A DNA stretch of 64,000 bases from Vicinamibacterales bacterium (GTDB lineage Bacteria > Acidobacteriota > Vicinamibacteria > Vicinamibacterales > UBA8438): positions 4,352,701 through 4,416,700 of the forward strand of contig OZ241843.1 in the NCBI GenBank assembly GCA_965202695.1, given 5' to 3'. Each line of letters starts with the position of its first letter. The stretch's first letter is position 1. A program made the position numbers and the translations under genes. A model generated the notes under the pieces. The model was not told the DNA's origin. It was given only the letters and a program-made list of their open reading frames with translations, and ran no database searches. Below, one piece after another: positions 46,432-56,863 of the stretch.

Positions 46432-47934
46432 CTACAGGCGCGTGAGCCGCATTTCACTGCGGCCGAGATCGAGCGCCACGCGATAGTCGCGGAGGAAGTG
46501 GTGGCCGATGGTGCCGCCGATGTGGAATCCCAGGAGGGCGCTCGGACGGTGCAGGTTCAGCACCACCACCGAGTAGTTGGGATACAGCAATTGATCGAAG
46601 GCGAGCGAAGTGCCCGGACGCAGATAGGCCTGCTCGTCCCAGCCGGACGTCCCGTACACGTTGACCGGCACCTGCCGCACTTCGAGCGGCGGCAGCAGAT
46701 TCGCGGTCCCGCGGCTGATCGAGATGACCTCGCCGCCGGTGTCGACCACGAAGCTGCGGGGAATCCGGTCGTCGACGACCCCGCGCACGACCGCAAGCCG
46801 ATGCTGCCGCAGGGGCATCGAGACGTCGAACGGTTCGTCCGGAAGCTCCTCGCCGATGACGATCTCCCGGCGCGCATAGTCGACGATCATCGACAACCCG
46901 ACCGCGAGCGGCGAGAACGCTTCCGCCTCCGGCGTCGGCAGACCGCCGAGCGGAGGGCTCTTGATCAACGCCGGCAGGTTCCGGATGCCGAGGGAGCCGA
47001 ACTCGATCGACTCGAGGCGGCCGGCCTGCAGGCCGCGGAAGCCGACCTCGCCGACGCCGGCGCTCAGCGTCGTGCTGATCGGGCGTACGCCGAGCTGCCG
47101 GGCGACGCGCTGGGACAGCACCGTCTGCTCGGCGCCGGTGTCCATGACGAAATCCACGACGTCACGGCCGTTGACCCGGCCCTGGACGATGACCTTGTCG
47201 CCTGCCAGCCTGAACGGAATCGTGTGGAGGCGGCCGGGCGACGACATCTCGACGGCCGGCCGGTCGCCGAACGACCGCAGGAACTGCACTTCCGCACGCG
47301 CCCACTCGGCCTTCTCGGTCTCGATTCCCGGGGGGAGCAGATCCACGTAGCGCTCGTAGGCGTCCGCGGCGGCGGCGAACCGGCGCGTGCGCCGGTGGAT
47401 GTACCCCAGGGTGTGGTACGCGGCGGCCGAATCGGGAGTCGCCTCGAGGGCCGCCCGGGCCCAGTGGAGCGCCTCGTCGTACCGCTGCCGCGTCGTGAGG
47501 CTTCGGGCCACGCCGTGGCGGGCGGCGCCGGAACCCGGGTCCATGGCGAGCGCGTCACGGTACAGTTGCTCCGCCTCGTCGAACAATCCGCCGCCCCACA
47601 GGGCGTCGCCGACGAGGGCGGCGATCTCGGGGTCGCCCGGGGCGATCTCGCGCAGGGCCTGCGCCTCCATCTGGGCGCGGGTGAACTCGGCGACCGGCAG
47701 CAGCGCCCGCAACATGCCGGCGGTGGACCGCACCCGCTGCTCGCCGGCGGCCTCCTCCTGCGCCTCCTCGAAAACGCGAATGGCCTCCCAGTACCGCAGA
47801 TCGCCGAGCAGCAGATTGCCCAACTGGATGCGGGTCTCGACGCGCGCCGCCGTCGGCGTCGACTGCGCGCCGAGGACGACCGACAGGACCGTCAGCCCGG
47901 CCGCGGCTATCAGGGCGCGTGACGCGAATCTCAT
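46432..47934 (-). CDS. Secreted TPR-repeat protein with two tandem retropepsin-like aspartic protease domains.
   Basis: Signal-like N-terminus and TPR-like helical repeats (…ALAMDPGSGAARHGVARSL..., AYHTLGYIHRR). Two D-T-G active-site motifs are present (DFVMDTGAEQTVLS and SFVVDTGGEVISIS), each in a retropepsin-like context. Confidence 0.75.
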   Translation of the reverse strand: MRFASRALIAAAGLTVLSVVLGAQSTPTAARVETRIQLGNLLLGDLRYWEAIRVFEEAQEEAAGEQRVRSTAGMLRALLPVAEFTRAQMEAQALREIAPGDPEIAALVGDALWGGGLFDEAEQLYRDALAMDPGSGAARHGVARSLTTRQRYDEALHWARAALEATPDSAAAYHTLGYIHRRTRRFAAAADAYERYVDLLPPGIETEKAEWARAEVQFLRSFGDRPAVEMSSPGRLHTIPFRLAGDKVIVQGRVNGRDVVDFVMDTGAEQTVLSQRVARQLGVRPISTTLSAGVGEVGFRGLQAGRLESIEFGSLGIRNLPALIKSPPLGGLPTPEAEAFSPLAVGLSMIVDYARREIVIGEELPDEPFDVSMPLRQHRLAVVRGVVDDRIPRSFVVDTGGEVISISRGTANLLPPLEVRQVPVNVYGTSGWDEQAYLRPGTSLAFDQLLYPNYSVVVLNLHRPSALLGFHIGGTIGHHFLRDYRVALDLGRSEMRLTRL

Positions 47935-47973
47935 CTCTCCTCCCCGGGCCGCCGCCGGGCGGCGTCCGGACCG

Positions 47974-48444
47974 TCAGCGCGTGTACCGTTCGATGGCGAC
48001 CCCGTCGTACATGTCGTCGACGCGAAGAATCTGTTTCTGGCGATCGTAGCTGCCGAGCTCGTAGTCTTCGCTCATGATCAGCGCCTTGACCGGCTTGGTC
48101 GGGCACACCTCGGAGCACAGACCGCAGAAGCTGCAACGCGAGAGATTGAAATCGAAATAGTCCAGCACCTTGATCTTGTGACCGGGCTCCCGGTGGCCGC
48201 CCAGGAAAATGAGCTCGTCGGGGCACACCTTGGCGCATTGATCGCACACGATGCAGGTCTGCGCCCCGGTCTCCGGCTCGACCTGCAGCCTGAGCACGCC
48301 CCGGAACCGGGGCGCGACGGGGCGCCGCTCCGCCGGATACTGAAAAGTGAAGGCGGGTTGAGGGGTGTACCTGAGGGTGACCAGCAGTCCCTTGATCAGA
48401 TCGACCAGGAACACCATCCGAAAGAGCTTCAACAACTGCTGCAC
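47974..48444 (-). CDS. nuoI: NADH-quinone oxidoreductase subunit I-like 2x[4Fe-4S] protein.
   Basis: Has GLLVTLRYTPQPAFTFQYP...RFRG and two CxxCxxCxxxCP motifs (CIVCDQCAKVCP, CSFCGLCSEVCP). GTG start at 48444. Confidence 0.85.
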   Translation of the reverse strand: MQQLLKLFRMVFLVDLIKGLLVTLRYTPQPAFTFQYPAERRPVAPRFRGVLRLQVEPETGAQTCIVCDQCAKVCPDELIFLGGHREPGHKIKVLDYFDFNLSRCSFCGLCSEVCPTKPVKALIMSEDYELGSYDRQKQILRVDDMYDGVAIERYTR

Positions 48445-48449
48445 GGCCG

Positions 48450-48986
<537 letters not shown>

Positions 48987-49002
48987 GAGAGGCTCGCCCG
49001 GT

Positions 49003-49266
49003 CTACTTGCCTTCGTACCAGTTGGCGTTGGTCTCGATGAAGTTCTCCCACTGCTCGGGCACTTCGTCGTTGGCGAATATCGCCTCGACCGGGCAGGCCG
49101 GCACGCAGGCGCCGCAATCGATGCACTCTTCCGGGTGGATGTAGAGCATCGTTTCGGCCTCGAACTCCTCCTCGTCCTGGCGCGGGTGGATGCAGTCCAC
49201 CGGACACACGTCCACGCAGGCGGTGTCCTTGGTCCCCACGCATGGTTCGCAAATGCTGTACGCCAT
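49003..49266 (-). CDS. 7Fe-type ([3Fe-4S][4Fe-4S]) ferredoxin.
   Basis: [28 protein letters not shown]...[18 protein letters not shown] strong GGAGGAG Shine-Dalgarno immediately precedes ATG 49266, so the listed upstream start at 49287 was rejected. Confidence 0.85.
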   Translation of the reverse strand: MAYSICEPCVGTKDTACVDVCPVDCIHPRQDEEEFEAETMLYIHPEECIDCGACVPACPVEAIFANDEVPEQWENFIETNANWYEGK

Positions 49267-49596
49267 CGACTCCTCCGTGTCGTTCACCGGCCTCCGTAAC
49301 GTGGCTCGCGGACCGACAGGCCGACGTGAGTGCCGGTCCGGGCGGGCCGGCGCGCATCCCCGACCCGACGGTGTCCGCCGTCAACCGAAACTGCGCCGCC
49401 GCACCCCGCCCCGCGGCTTTCCGAAAACCGCCCCCCGGCGACGCCCGGGAGCGACAGGACCGTCCGCACCGGCGACTCGACGGCATCCGCGCGACGCCAG
49501 CGCAAGTTTACACGATCTTGGCCCGACCGGCGAATGCAACCGAAATGCCGCCCGGCGGACCGCCCCGCGTTGCGCGCGCCGCGGCGCCGCGCTACC

Positions 49597-50571
49597 ATGC
49601 GCGGCATGGCGCTCCCGGAAGACGGACACACGGCCCCCCGCGCCGTGCCCGCGACCTTCTTCCGGGGCCGCCGGGTCCGCCCCGAACCGGCGCCGGCCGG
49701 CCCCAAACCCCGATGGCTGCGGGTGCGCGCCCCCGGCAGCGCCGGCTATCGACGCCTCGAGCGGCTGGTTCGGGAACAGGGGCTGCGCACCGTCTGCGAG
49801 GAAGCCAACTGCCCCAACATCGGAGAGTGCTGGCATCACGGGACGGCGACGTTCATGATCCTGGGCGGGGTCTGCACGCGGGCCTGCGCCTATTGCAACG
49901 TGGAGCACGGCCGGCCCGGCCCGGTCGACCCGGCGGAACCGGCCCGCGTCGCGGAAGCGGTGCGCGCCCTCGGCCTCGACCACGCGGTCGTCACGTCGGT
50001 CGACCGGGACGATCTCGAGGACGGAGGCGCCGGGGTCTTCGCCGCCACCGTCACCGCGATCCGGTCGCGGTCGCCGGCCTGCCGCATCGAGACCCTGGTG
50101 CCCGATTTCGGCGGGAACACCGCCGCCCTCGACCTCGTGCTGGCGGCGGGTCCCGACGTCCTGAACCACAACCTGGAGACGGTCCGCGGGCAGTATCGCC
50201 GGGCGCGCCCCGGCGGCAGCTACGACCGCGCCCTCCGCATTCTGGAACACGCCGGGCGCCACCGTCCCGCCGTCGCGACGAAATCGGGGCTCATGGTGGG
50301 CCTGGGCGAGACCCGCGACGAACTCGCCGCGGCCCTGGCCGACCTGCGGCGGGCAGGATGCGACATCGTGACGATCGGCCAGTACCTGCGGCCGTCGCCC
50401 GCCCACCTGCCGGTCGCCCGCTACTACGACCCCGGCGAGTTCGCGGCCCTCGCGCAGGCGGCGGCCCGGCTCGGCTTCGGACACGTCGAATCCGGCCCGC
50501 TGGTGCGCAGCTCCTACCACGCCCACGAACAGGCGGACGCCATCGCCGCGGCGACCCGCGCGGCCGGATGA
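49597..50571 (+). CDS. lipA: Lipoyl synthase.
   Basis: Has TVCEEANCPNIGECW, the radical-SAM motif CTRACAYC, TSVDRDDL, NHNLETV, GLMVGLGET and GQYLRPS. Start MRGMAL at 49597 (alternative 49606), inside listed ORF 49330..50571. Confidence 0.9.
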   Translation: MRGMALPEDGHTAPRAVPATFFRGRRVRPEPAPAGPKPRWLRVRAPGSAGYRRLERLVREQGLRTVCEEANCPNIGECWHHGTATFMILGGVCTRACAYCNVEHGRPGPVDPAEPARVAEAVRALGLDHAVVTSVDRDDLEDGGAGVFAATVTAIRSRSPACRIETLVPDFGGNTAALDLVLAAGPDVLNHNLETVRGQYRRARPGGSYDRALRILEHAGRHRPAVATKSGLMVGLGETRDELAAALADLRRAGCDIVTIGQYLRPSPAHLPVARYYDPGEFAALAQAAARLGFGHVESGPLVRSSYHAHEQADAIAAATRAAG

Positions 50572-50580
50572 CGGCCCGAA

Positions 50581-51999
50581 CTAACGTCCCCGCTTCGGCC
50601 GGTAGACGTGGGTGCTCTGGCCGAAGAACACTTCCGCCGACTCCATCAGGGTCTCGGACAGCGTCGGATGCGGGTGGATGCACCGCCGCAGGTCCGACGC
50701 CGCGGCCCCCATCTCGATGGCCGCCACCCCTTCCGCGATCAGCTCGCCCGCCCCGCTTCCCGCGATGCCCACGCCCAGGATGCGTTCCGATTCGGGGTCG
50801 ATGACGAGCTTGGTCACCCCGGCCGGCCGATCGAGCGTGGCCGCCCGTCCCGAGGCGCCCCAGGGGAACTTCGCCACCTCCACCGTCCGGCCCTCCGCCC
50901 GGGCCCGGGTCTCGGTCAGGCCGCACCACGCGACTTCCGGGTCCGTGAACACCACGGCCGGGATGGCCGCCGGCTCGAACCGCGCCCGGCGCCCGGCGAT
51001 CGCTTCGACCGCGGTTCGCGCTTCGTGGCTCGCCTTGTGCGCGAGCATCGGCTCGCCGGCGACGTCTCCCACCGCGAAGATGGTCGGCTCGGCCGTCCGG
51101 CGCTGGCCGTCGACCGCCACGAACCCCCGCGGGCCGCAGCGCACCGCGGTCCGGTCCAGTCCGGGCACGTCCGAGTTCGGCGTCCGGCCCACGGCCACCA
51201 GCACCCGGTCGAACCGCCGCGTCGATTCGCGGTCCGCGTTCCGCAGGGTCACCGAGACGCCGTCCCCCTCCTCGGCCAGCTCCGTCACCGTGGTTTCCAG
51301 CAGCACCGCCTCGCACACCGAGGCGAGCCGGCGCGCCGCCACCGCCACGAGGTCGCGGTCGGCCCCCGGCAGGAGCCCGGGCGTCGTCTCTACCACCGTG
51401 ACCTTCGAGCCGAACGCCGCGTAGACCGACGCCATCTCGAGGCCGACGTAGCCGCCGCCGACCACGAGCAGGGACCCGGGCACCGACGGGATCTCCAGCG
51501 CCCGCGTCGAGTCCCAGACCCGGCCGCTGGCCAGGGACAGCGCGGCGGGCGCCGCCGGTCTCGACCCCGTGGCCAGAATCGCGTGCTCGAACTCCAGCGC
51601 GGTGACCCCGCCGTCCGGGGCCGTCACCCGCGCCGACGCTGGTCCGGAGAGCTCCGCCCGGCCCTGGAGCCAGGTCACGCCGCGCCGGGCCGAGAGCTGG
51701 CCCAGACCACCCGTCAGCCGCGCCACCACTTCGTCCTTCCAGCCGCGCAGCCGGTCGACGTCCAGCGCCGGCTCGCCGAAGTCGACGCCCCAGTTGCGGG
51801 CCTCGCGGGCCTCGGTCATCACCTTCGCCACGTGCAGCAGCGCCTTCGACGGCATGCACCCCCGGTACAGACACACGCCGCCGGGGTCGGGGGCCTCGTC
51901 GATCAGGGTCACCCGCATGCCCAGGTCCGCGGCGAGGAAGGCGGCGGCGTACCCGCCCGGCCCCCCGCCGATCACCGCCACCTGCGTCGAACTGCGCAT
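50581..51999 (-). CDS. lpdA: Dihydrolipoyl dehydrogenase (E3).
   Basis: Has VAVIGGGPGGYAAA, the redox-active GGVCLYRGCMPSK, VVGGGYVGLE, FAVGDVAG and C-terminal HPHPTLSE. Start re-picked at MRSSTQ (ATG 51999). Confidence 0.9.
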   Translation of the reverse strand: MRSSTQVAVIGGGPGGYAAAFLAADLGMRVTLIDEAPDPGGVCLYRGCMPSKALLHVAKVMTEAREARNWGVDFGEPALDVDRLRGWKDEVVARLTGGLGQLSARRGVTWLQGRAELSGPASARVTAPDGGVTALEFEHAILATGSRPAAPAALSLASGRVWDSTRALEIPSVPGSLLVVGGGYVGLEMASVYAAFGSKVTVVETTPGLLPGADRDLVAVAARRLASVCEAVLLETTVTELAEEGDGVSVTLRNADRESTRRFDRVLVAVGRTPNSDVPGLDRTAVRCGPRGFVAVDGQRRTAEPTIFAVGDVAGEPMLAHKASHEARTAVEAIAGRRARFEPAAIPAVVFTDPEVAWCGLTETRARAEGRTVEVAKFPWGASGRAATLDRPAGVTKLVIDPESERILGVGIAGSGAGELIAEGVAAIEMGAAASDLRRCIHPHPTLSETLMESAEVFFGQSTHVYRPKRGR

Positions 52000-52188
52000 G
52001 TCGATGCTCCTGCCCGCGGCGCGCTCCGGGCGCCCGTGGAGCACGGCCGGCGGACGCCGAACGGGCCGGGCGCCGAGCGGGTCGGACGGCCCTCCGCGGT
52101 TTCACAGTGTAGCAACCTCCTCGCCTTGCCTGCGCCCGGCCGACCGTTCCATGATGGTGGTGACGCCGGGGACACGGGAGGTGCGAGA

Positions 52189-53871
52189 ATGTCCAGGAGA
52201 CCGTTCGGCGGCGCCGGAACGCTCGTGCTGGCCGGCGCCTGCGCTCTCGCCGGGGCGGCGGCCGACGCCGCCGGCCAGGGAAGAACCACGATGACGCGGT
52301 TGTTCGCACCGGTCGACGTCGGAGCGGACGTGTCCGCGCTGCCCGATTCCGAGCACCGCGCGCTGCGCCGCGTCATCGACGCCGCCCGCGTGATGGACGC
52401 GCTGTTCCTGGAGCAGGTCTGGGCCGGCAACCCCGGGATGCTCATCACGCTGGCGAACGACGGGAGCGCGGCGGGACGGGCCGCGCTCGACTTCTTCCTC
52501 CTCAACAAGGGCCCGTGGTCCCGCGTGGAAGACGACCGGCCGTTCGTGGCCGGCGCACCCCCCAAACCCGGGGGCGCCAACTACTATCCGGCCGGCGCGT
52601 CGAGAGCGGAAGTCGCGGCCTGGCTGGACCGGCTCGAGGGCCCGGCCCGCGCCGCCGCCACCGGGTTCTTCACGACCATCCGCCGCGGCGCGGCCGGCGG
52701 GTTCGTCAGCGTGCCCTACAGCGTGGAGTACCAGGGGCCGCTGGCCATCGCGGCCGAGCACCTGCGCGCCGCCGCCCGCGAGACCGCCGAGCCCACGCTG
52801 CGGCGCTATCTGGAGAGCCGCGCGGCCGCGTTCGCGACCGACGACTACTACGAGAGCGACGTGGCGTGGATGGAGCTCGACTCGACGATCGAACCGACCA
52901 TCGGCCCCTACGAGGTCTACGAGGACGACTGGTTCAACTACAAGGCGGCGTTCGAGGCGTTCGTCACCATCCGCGACGCGGCGGAAACGGCCCGGCTCGA
53001 CCGCTTCGGCGCCCACCTCCAGGGCCTGGAGGACACCCTGCCCATCGACCCGCGTTTCCGGAACCCCGCCCTCGGAGCGCTCGCCCCGATTCGGGTCGTC
53101 AACGTCGTCTTCACCGCCGGCGACGCGAACGCCGGGGTCCAGACGGCGGCCTTCAACCTGCCCAACGACGAGCGGGTGGTCCGCGAGATGGGCTCCAAGC
53201 GGGTCATGCTGAAGAACGTGCAGGAAGCCAAGTTCCAGCGCGTCCTGACCCCGATCGCGCAGGTGGTGCTGCGGCCGGCCGAGCAGGCGGAAGTCTCGTT
53301 CGAGGCGTTCTTCACCCACATCCTGATGCACGAACTGATGCACGGGCTGGGCCCGGGCACGATCACCGTCGACGGCCGGCGGACCACCGTCCGGGGGGCG
53401 CTCCGGGAAACCCACGCCGCCGTCGAGGAAGCCAAGGCGGACGCGGCGGGCCTGTGGGCCCTGCGCGAGCTGATCGACCGGGGGGTCGTCGACCGGTCGC
53501 TGGAACGCGGCATGTACACCACGTTCCTCGCCTCGGCGTTCCGCTCGATCCGGTTCGGCGTCCACGAGGCGCACGGCCGCGGAGTGGCCGTTCAGCTCAA
53601 CGCGTTCCTCGACGCGGGGGCGGTGACCGTCGACGCCGACGGACGTTTCGGGATCGACCACGGCCGCGTGCGGGACGCCGTCACCGCCCTGACCCGCGAG
53701 ATCATGACGGTGCAGGCGACCGGCGACTACGACGCCGCCCGGCGGATGCTCGACACCCGGGGGGTCGTGGCCCCGGCCGTGCGGCGGGCGCTGGACCGGC
53801 TCGACCACGTCCCCATCGACATCCAGCCCCGCTTCGTCACCGCCGAGGCGCTGGCCGCGGACGCGCGGTGA
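52189..53871 (+). CDS. Secreted M49 (dipeptidyl-peptidase III)-like zinc metallopeptidase.
   Basis: Signal-like N-terminus, FTHILMHELMHGLGP (HExxH) followed by AVEEAKADAAGLWAL (second metal-ligand motif ExxxAD/E), similar to the DPP III / NUDT3-C-terminal arrangement. Real start MSRRPFGG at 52189, inside listed ORF 50608..53871. Confidence 0.65.
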   Translation: MSRRPFGGAGTLVLAGACALAGAAADAAGQGRTTMTRLFAPVDVGADVSALPDSEHRALRRVIDAARVMDALFLEQVWAGNPGMLITLANDGSAAGRAALDFFLLNKGPWSRVEDDRPFVAGAPPKPGGANYYPAGASRAEVAAWLDRLEGPARAAATGFFTTIRRGAAGGFVSVPYSVEYQGPLAIAAEHLRAAARETAEPTLRRYLESRAAAFATDDYYESDVAWMELDSTIEPTIGPYEVYEDDWFNYKAAFEAFVTIRDAAETARLDRFGAHLQGLEDTLPIDPRFRNPALGALAPIRVVNVVFTAGDANAGVQTAAFNLPNDERVVREMGSKRVMLKNVQEAKFQRVLTPIAQVVLRPAEQAEVSFEAFFTHILMHELMHGLGPGTITVDGRRTTVRGALRETHAAVEEAKADAAGLWALRELIDRGVVDRSLERGMYTTFLASAFRSIRFGVHEAHGRGVAVQLNAFLDAGAVTVDADGRFGIDHGRVRDAVTALTREIMTVQATGDYDAARRMLDTRGVVAPAVRRALDRLDHVPIDIQPRFVTAEALAADAR

Positions 53872-53931
53872 CCGGGACGGGCCTCGAAACCGTTCCCCGC
53901 CCCCACCCGCGGGACGCGGTATGATCGCGCG

Positions 53932-55437
53932 ATGCCGCTACCGCAACGTCTGGGAGACCTTCGCGAGGCCGTCGAAGCCGGCCGCATTCCGCACCGCGGC
54001 GTCCGGCTTGAAATGCGCGAGAACCTGGCGCGGCGGCTGCGCGCGGGAGAACCGCTGTTCCCCGGCATCGTCGGGTACGACGAGTCGGTGGTTCCGCAGA
54101 TCGCCAACGCGGTCCTCTCGCAGCACGACTTCGTGCTGCTGGGCCTGCGGGGGCAGGCCAAGACCCGGCTGCTGCGCGCCCTCGTGACCCTGCTCGACGA
54201 AGCGGTGGCGGTGGTGCCGGGATGCCAGATCAACGACGACCCGCTCGCCCCCCTGTGCCGCGCCTGCCGCACCCGGGTGTCGGAGGCCGGCGGCGACCTC
54301 CCGATCGCCTGGCTCCCGCGGGAGCGCCGGCTGGTGGAGAAGCTGGCCACGCCGGACGTGACGATCGCCGACATGATCGGCGACGTCGACCCCATCAAGG
54401 CGGCCCGGGCCGGACTCGAGCTGTCGGACGAGCTCACGATGCACTACGGGCTGCTTCCGCGGGCCCACCGGAGCATCTTCGCCGTCAACGAGCTGCCGGA
54501 CCTCGCCGGCAAGATCCAGGTCGGCCTGTTCAACATCCTGCAGGAAGGCGACGTCCAGATAAAGGGCTACCCCGTGCGGCTGCCGCTGGACGTGGTGATG
54601 ACGTTCACCGCGAATCCCGAGGACTACACCGCCCGCGGCAAGATCATCACGCCGTTGAAGGACCGCATCGGGTCCGAGATACGCACCCACTACCCGCGGA
54701 CGCGCCAGGCGGGCATGGCCATCACCAGCCAGGAAGCGTGGACGGCGCGGTTCGGCGGCGCCCGCCCCCCGCACGTCCCGCCGTACGTCGCCGAGATCGT
54801 CGAGGAGGCCGCGTTCGTGGCCCGCGGCCACTCGAAGATCGACAAGCGCTCCGGCGTCAGCCAGCGCATGCCGATCACCTGCCTGGAAAACGCGGTGTCG
54901 AACGCCGAGCGGCGCGGGCTGCTCAACGCCGAGCCCGCCGAGGCGGTCCGCGTCGCCGACGTCTACGCCGCCCTGCCCTCGGTCACCGGCAAGTTCGAGC
55001 TGGAGTACGAGGGCGAGCTGCGCGGCGCCGACGAGGTGGCCCGCGACGTGATACGCACGGCCGTCGCGCGGGTGTTCGAAGGCTGGTTCGGCACGGTGGA
55101 CACCGCCGCGGTCGTCGAGTGGTTCGACCTGGGGGGCGCGCTGGACCTCGGCGACGAGACCCCCGCCGCCGCCCTCCTCGAACAGACCGGCCAGATTCAC
55201 GGACTGCACGAGCTGGCCGGCCATCTCCGGGTCGACGCGGACGAGCCGGCGGCGCTCGCTTCCGCCGTCGAGTTCATCCTGGAAGGGCTGTACGCCCGGA
55301 AGAAGATCAGCCGGAACGACGCGTGGCGGTACAGCGCGGTCGAGACCAGGACTTCGCGCCGGGCCGCGATGACCCCGGAACGGATGCTGGAGACCGAGGT
55401 CCGCGTCCCGCCGGACAAGAAGAAGTACTACAACTAG
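53932..55437 (+). CDS. ChlI/MoxR-like AAA+ ATPase (Mg-chelatase subunit I-like, COG1239-type).
   Basis: Has FPGIVGYDESVVPQIANAVLSQHDFVLLGLRGQAKTRLLR (Walker A-like GxxGxAKT), IFAVNELPDL (Walker B position reads NE), and NILQEGDVQIKGYPVRLPLDVVMTFTANPED. No GAFTGA loop or C-terminal HTH, so it is not a sigma-54 activator. Confidence 0.75.
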   Translation: MPLPQRLGDLREAVEAGRIPHRGVRLEMRENLARRLRAGEPLFPGIVGYDESVVPQIANAVLSQHDFVLLGLRGQAKTRLLRALVTLLDEAVAVVPGCQINDDPLAPLCRACRTRVSEAGGDLPIAWLPRERRLVEKLATPDVTIADMIGDVDPIKAARAGLELSDELTMHYGLLPRAHRSIFAVNELPDLAGKIQVGLFNILQEGDVQIKGYPVRLPLDVVMTFTANPEDYTARGKIITPLKDRIGSEIRTHYPRTRQAGMAITSQEAWTARFGGARPPHVPPYVAEIVEEAAFVARGHSKIDKRSGVSQRMPITCLENAVSNAERRGLLNAEPAEAVRVADVYAALPSVTGKFELEYEGELRGADEVARDVIRTAVARVFEGWFGTVDTAAVVEWFDLGGALDLGDETPAAALLEQTGQIHGLHELAGHLRVDADEPAALASAVEFILEGLYARKKISRNDAWRYSAVETRTSRRAAMTPERMLETEVRVPPDKKKYYN

Positions 55438-55478
55438 CCAGGAGTCCGCGCCGCGGCGGTTCGCGCGCGCGGCCGGCC

Positions 55479-56747
55479 ATGAAGTATCGATACACCCGTT
55501 ACACCGGCGGCCCGCTCGACGGGATCGACGTCGAAGAGCTGGTGTCGAAGCTCTCGCGCCTGCTCCTCGACAGCGGCTTCGGCCGCGCCGCGGGCGACCC
55601 CGACGCGGACGCGGGCCGGCGTTCGGAGCAGGCGCTCCGCGACGCCGTCCTCGAAGCCCTGCTCAACGGGGGGATGCTCTCCGACGAGACGATCCTGGAT
55701 CTGCTGGGCGACGCCGCGGACGCGGACGGCGCCGGCGCATCGCGTCTCGAAGCGCTGCTCGACCGGCTCATCGACCAGATGGCGCAGCAGGGCTACGTCA
55801 CCCGCCACCCCGACCTCGACGCGGCGGCCCGGCACCGGGAAGGCGGCGGCGGCGAGGGGCAGGCGCCGCCCATGCGGTTCGAGGTGACCGACAAGAGCCT
55901 CGATTTCCTGGGATACCGTGCCCTGCGGGACCTGCTCGGCTCGGTCGGCCGCCGCAGCGTCGGCCGGCACGATACGCGCGACTACGCGGCCGGCGTGGAA
56001 GCCGGCGGCGCGCCCAAGCCCTACGAGTTCGGCGACACCCTGAACCTCGACGCCGCCGCGACCATCCTGAACGCGGTCAACCGGAGGGGGCCGGATGCGC
56101 TCGCCGGCGCCGGCATCGACGTCGAGCACGCCGATCTGATGGTCGCGCAGGGCGAGCACCAGAGCGCCTGCGCGACCGTCCTCATGCTCGACTGCAGCCA
56201 CAGCATGATCCTGTACGGCGAAGACCGCTTCACGCCGGCCAAGCAGGTCGCCCTGGCCCTGGCGAACCTCATCCGACGCCAGTACCCCGGCGACACCCTG
56301 CGGGTCGTCCTGTTCCACGACTCGGCGGAGGAGATTCCGCTGCGCCGGCTCGCGCGGGCGCGCGTCGGCCCCCACTACACGAACACCCGCGAGGGCCTCC
56401 GGCTCGCCCGCCGCCTGCTCGAACGGCAGGGCCGCGAGATGCGCCAGATCGTGATGATCACCGACGGCAAGCCGTCGGCGCTGACCCGTCCCGACGGCCG
56501 GATCTACCGCAACGCCTTCGGCCTCGACCCCTGGGTCATCTCGGAGACGTTCGCCGAGGTCGCCACGTGCCGCAAGGCCGGCATCATGATCAACACCTTC
56601 ATGCTCGCGCGCGACTACGAGCTGGTGAGCTTCGTCAAGCGGGTCACGGCGATCTGCCACGGCAAGGCGTACTTCACGAACCCGCGCACGCTGGGCCGCT
56701 ACGTCCTGATGGACTTCCTCGACAAGAAGACGCGGACCGTGCATTGA
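55479..56747 (+). CDS. von Willebrand factor A (vWA) domain protein, partner of the upstream AAA+ ATPase.
   Basis: MIDAS-type [10 protein letters not shown] (DxSxS), [10 protein letters not shown] and [11 protein letters not shown]. Real start [11 protein letters not shown] at 55479, inside listed ORF 54222..56747, 41 nt after the ATPase stop. Confidence 0.8.
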   Translation: MKYRYTRYTGGPLDGIDVEELVSKLSRLLLDSGFGRAAGDPDADAGRRSEQALRDAVLEALLNGGMLSDETILDLLGDAADADGAGASRLEALLDRLIDQMAQQGYVTRHPDLDAAARHREGGGGEGQAPPMRFEVTDKSLDFLGYRALRDLLGSVGRRSVGRHDTRDYAAGVEAGGAPKPYEFGDTLNLDAAATILNAVNRRGPDALAGAGIDVEHADLMVAQGEHQSACATVLMLDCSHSMILYGEDRFTPAKQVALALANLIRRQYPGDTLRVVLFHDSAEEIPLRRLARARVGPHYTNTREGLRLARRLLERQGREMRQIVMITDGKPSALTRPDGRIYRNAFGLDPWVISETFAEVATCRKAGIMINTFMLARDYELVSFVKRVTAICHGKAYFTNPRTLGRYVLMDFLDKKTRTVH

Positions 56748-56863
56748 CCGCGCCCCGGCGTCACGCCCTCGACGTTCCCGATCTTTCCGTTCGCCGCGCC
56801 GGCGGGCGGCCCCCGGCCGCGGCGGACGGGGCAGGGACGGCGGCGCGCGGGCGGTTCCGGCCG

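Noticed and set aside
49507-49535. TTTACA-N17-GCGAAT as a promoter for lipA.
   Set aside because: The -10 element is poor, and in such GC-rich intergenic DNA a single hexamer match is weak evidence.
53932-55437. Considered whether the AAA+ protein is the enhancer-binding protein for the sigma-54 promoter at 33677.
   Set aside because: It has no GAFTGA loop and no C-terminal HTH, and its N-terminus resembles ChlI/MoxR-type ATPases. The adjacent vWA partner fits the chaperone-type family instead.
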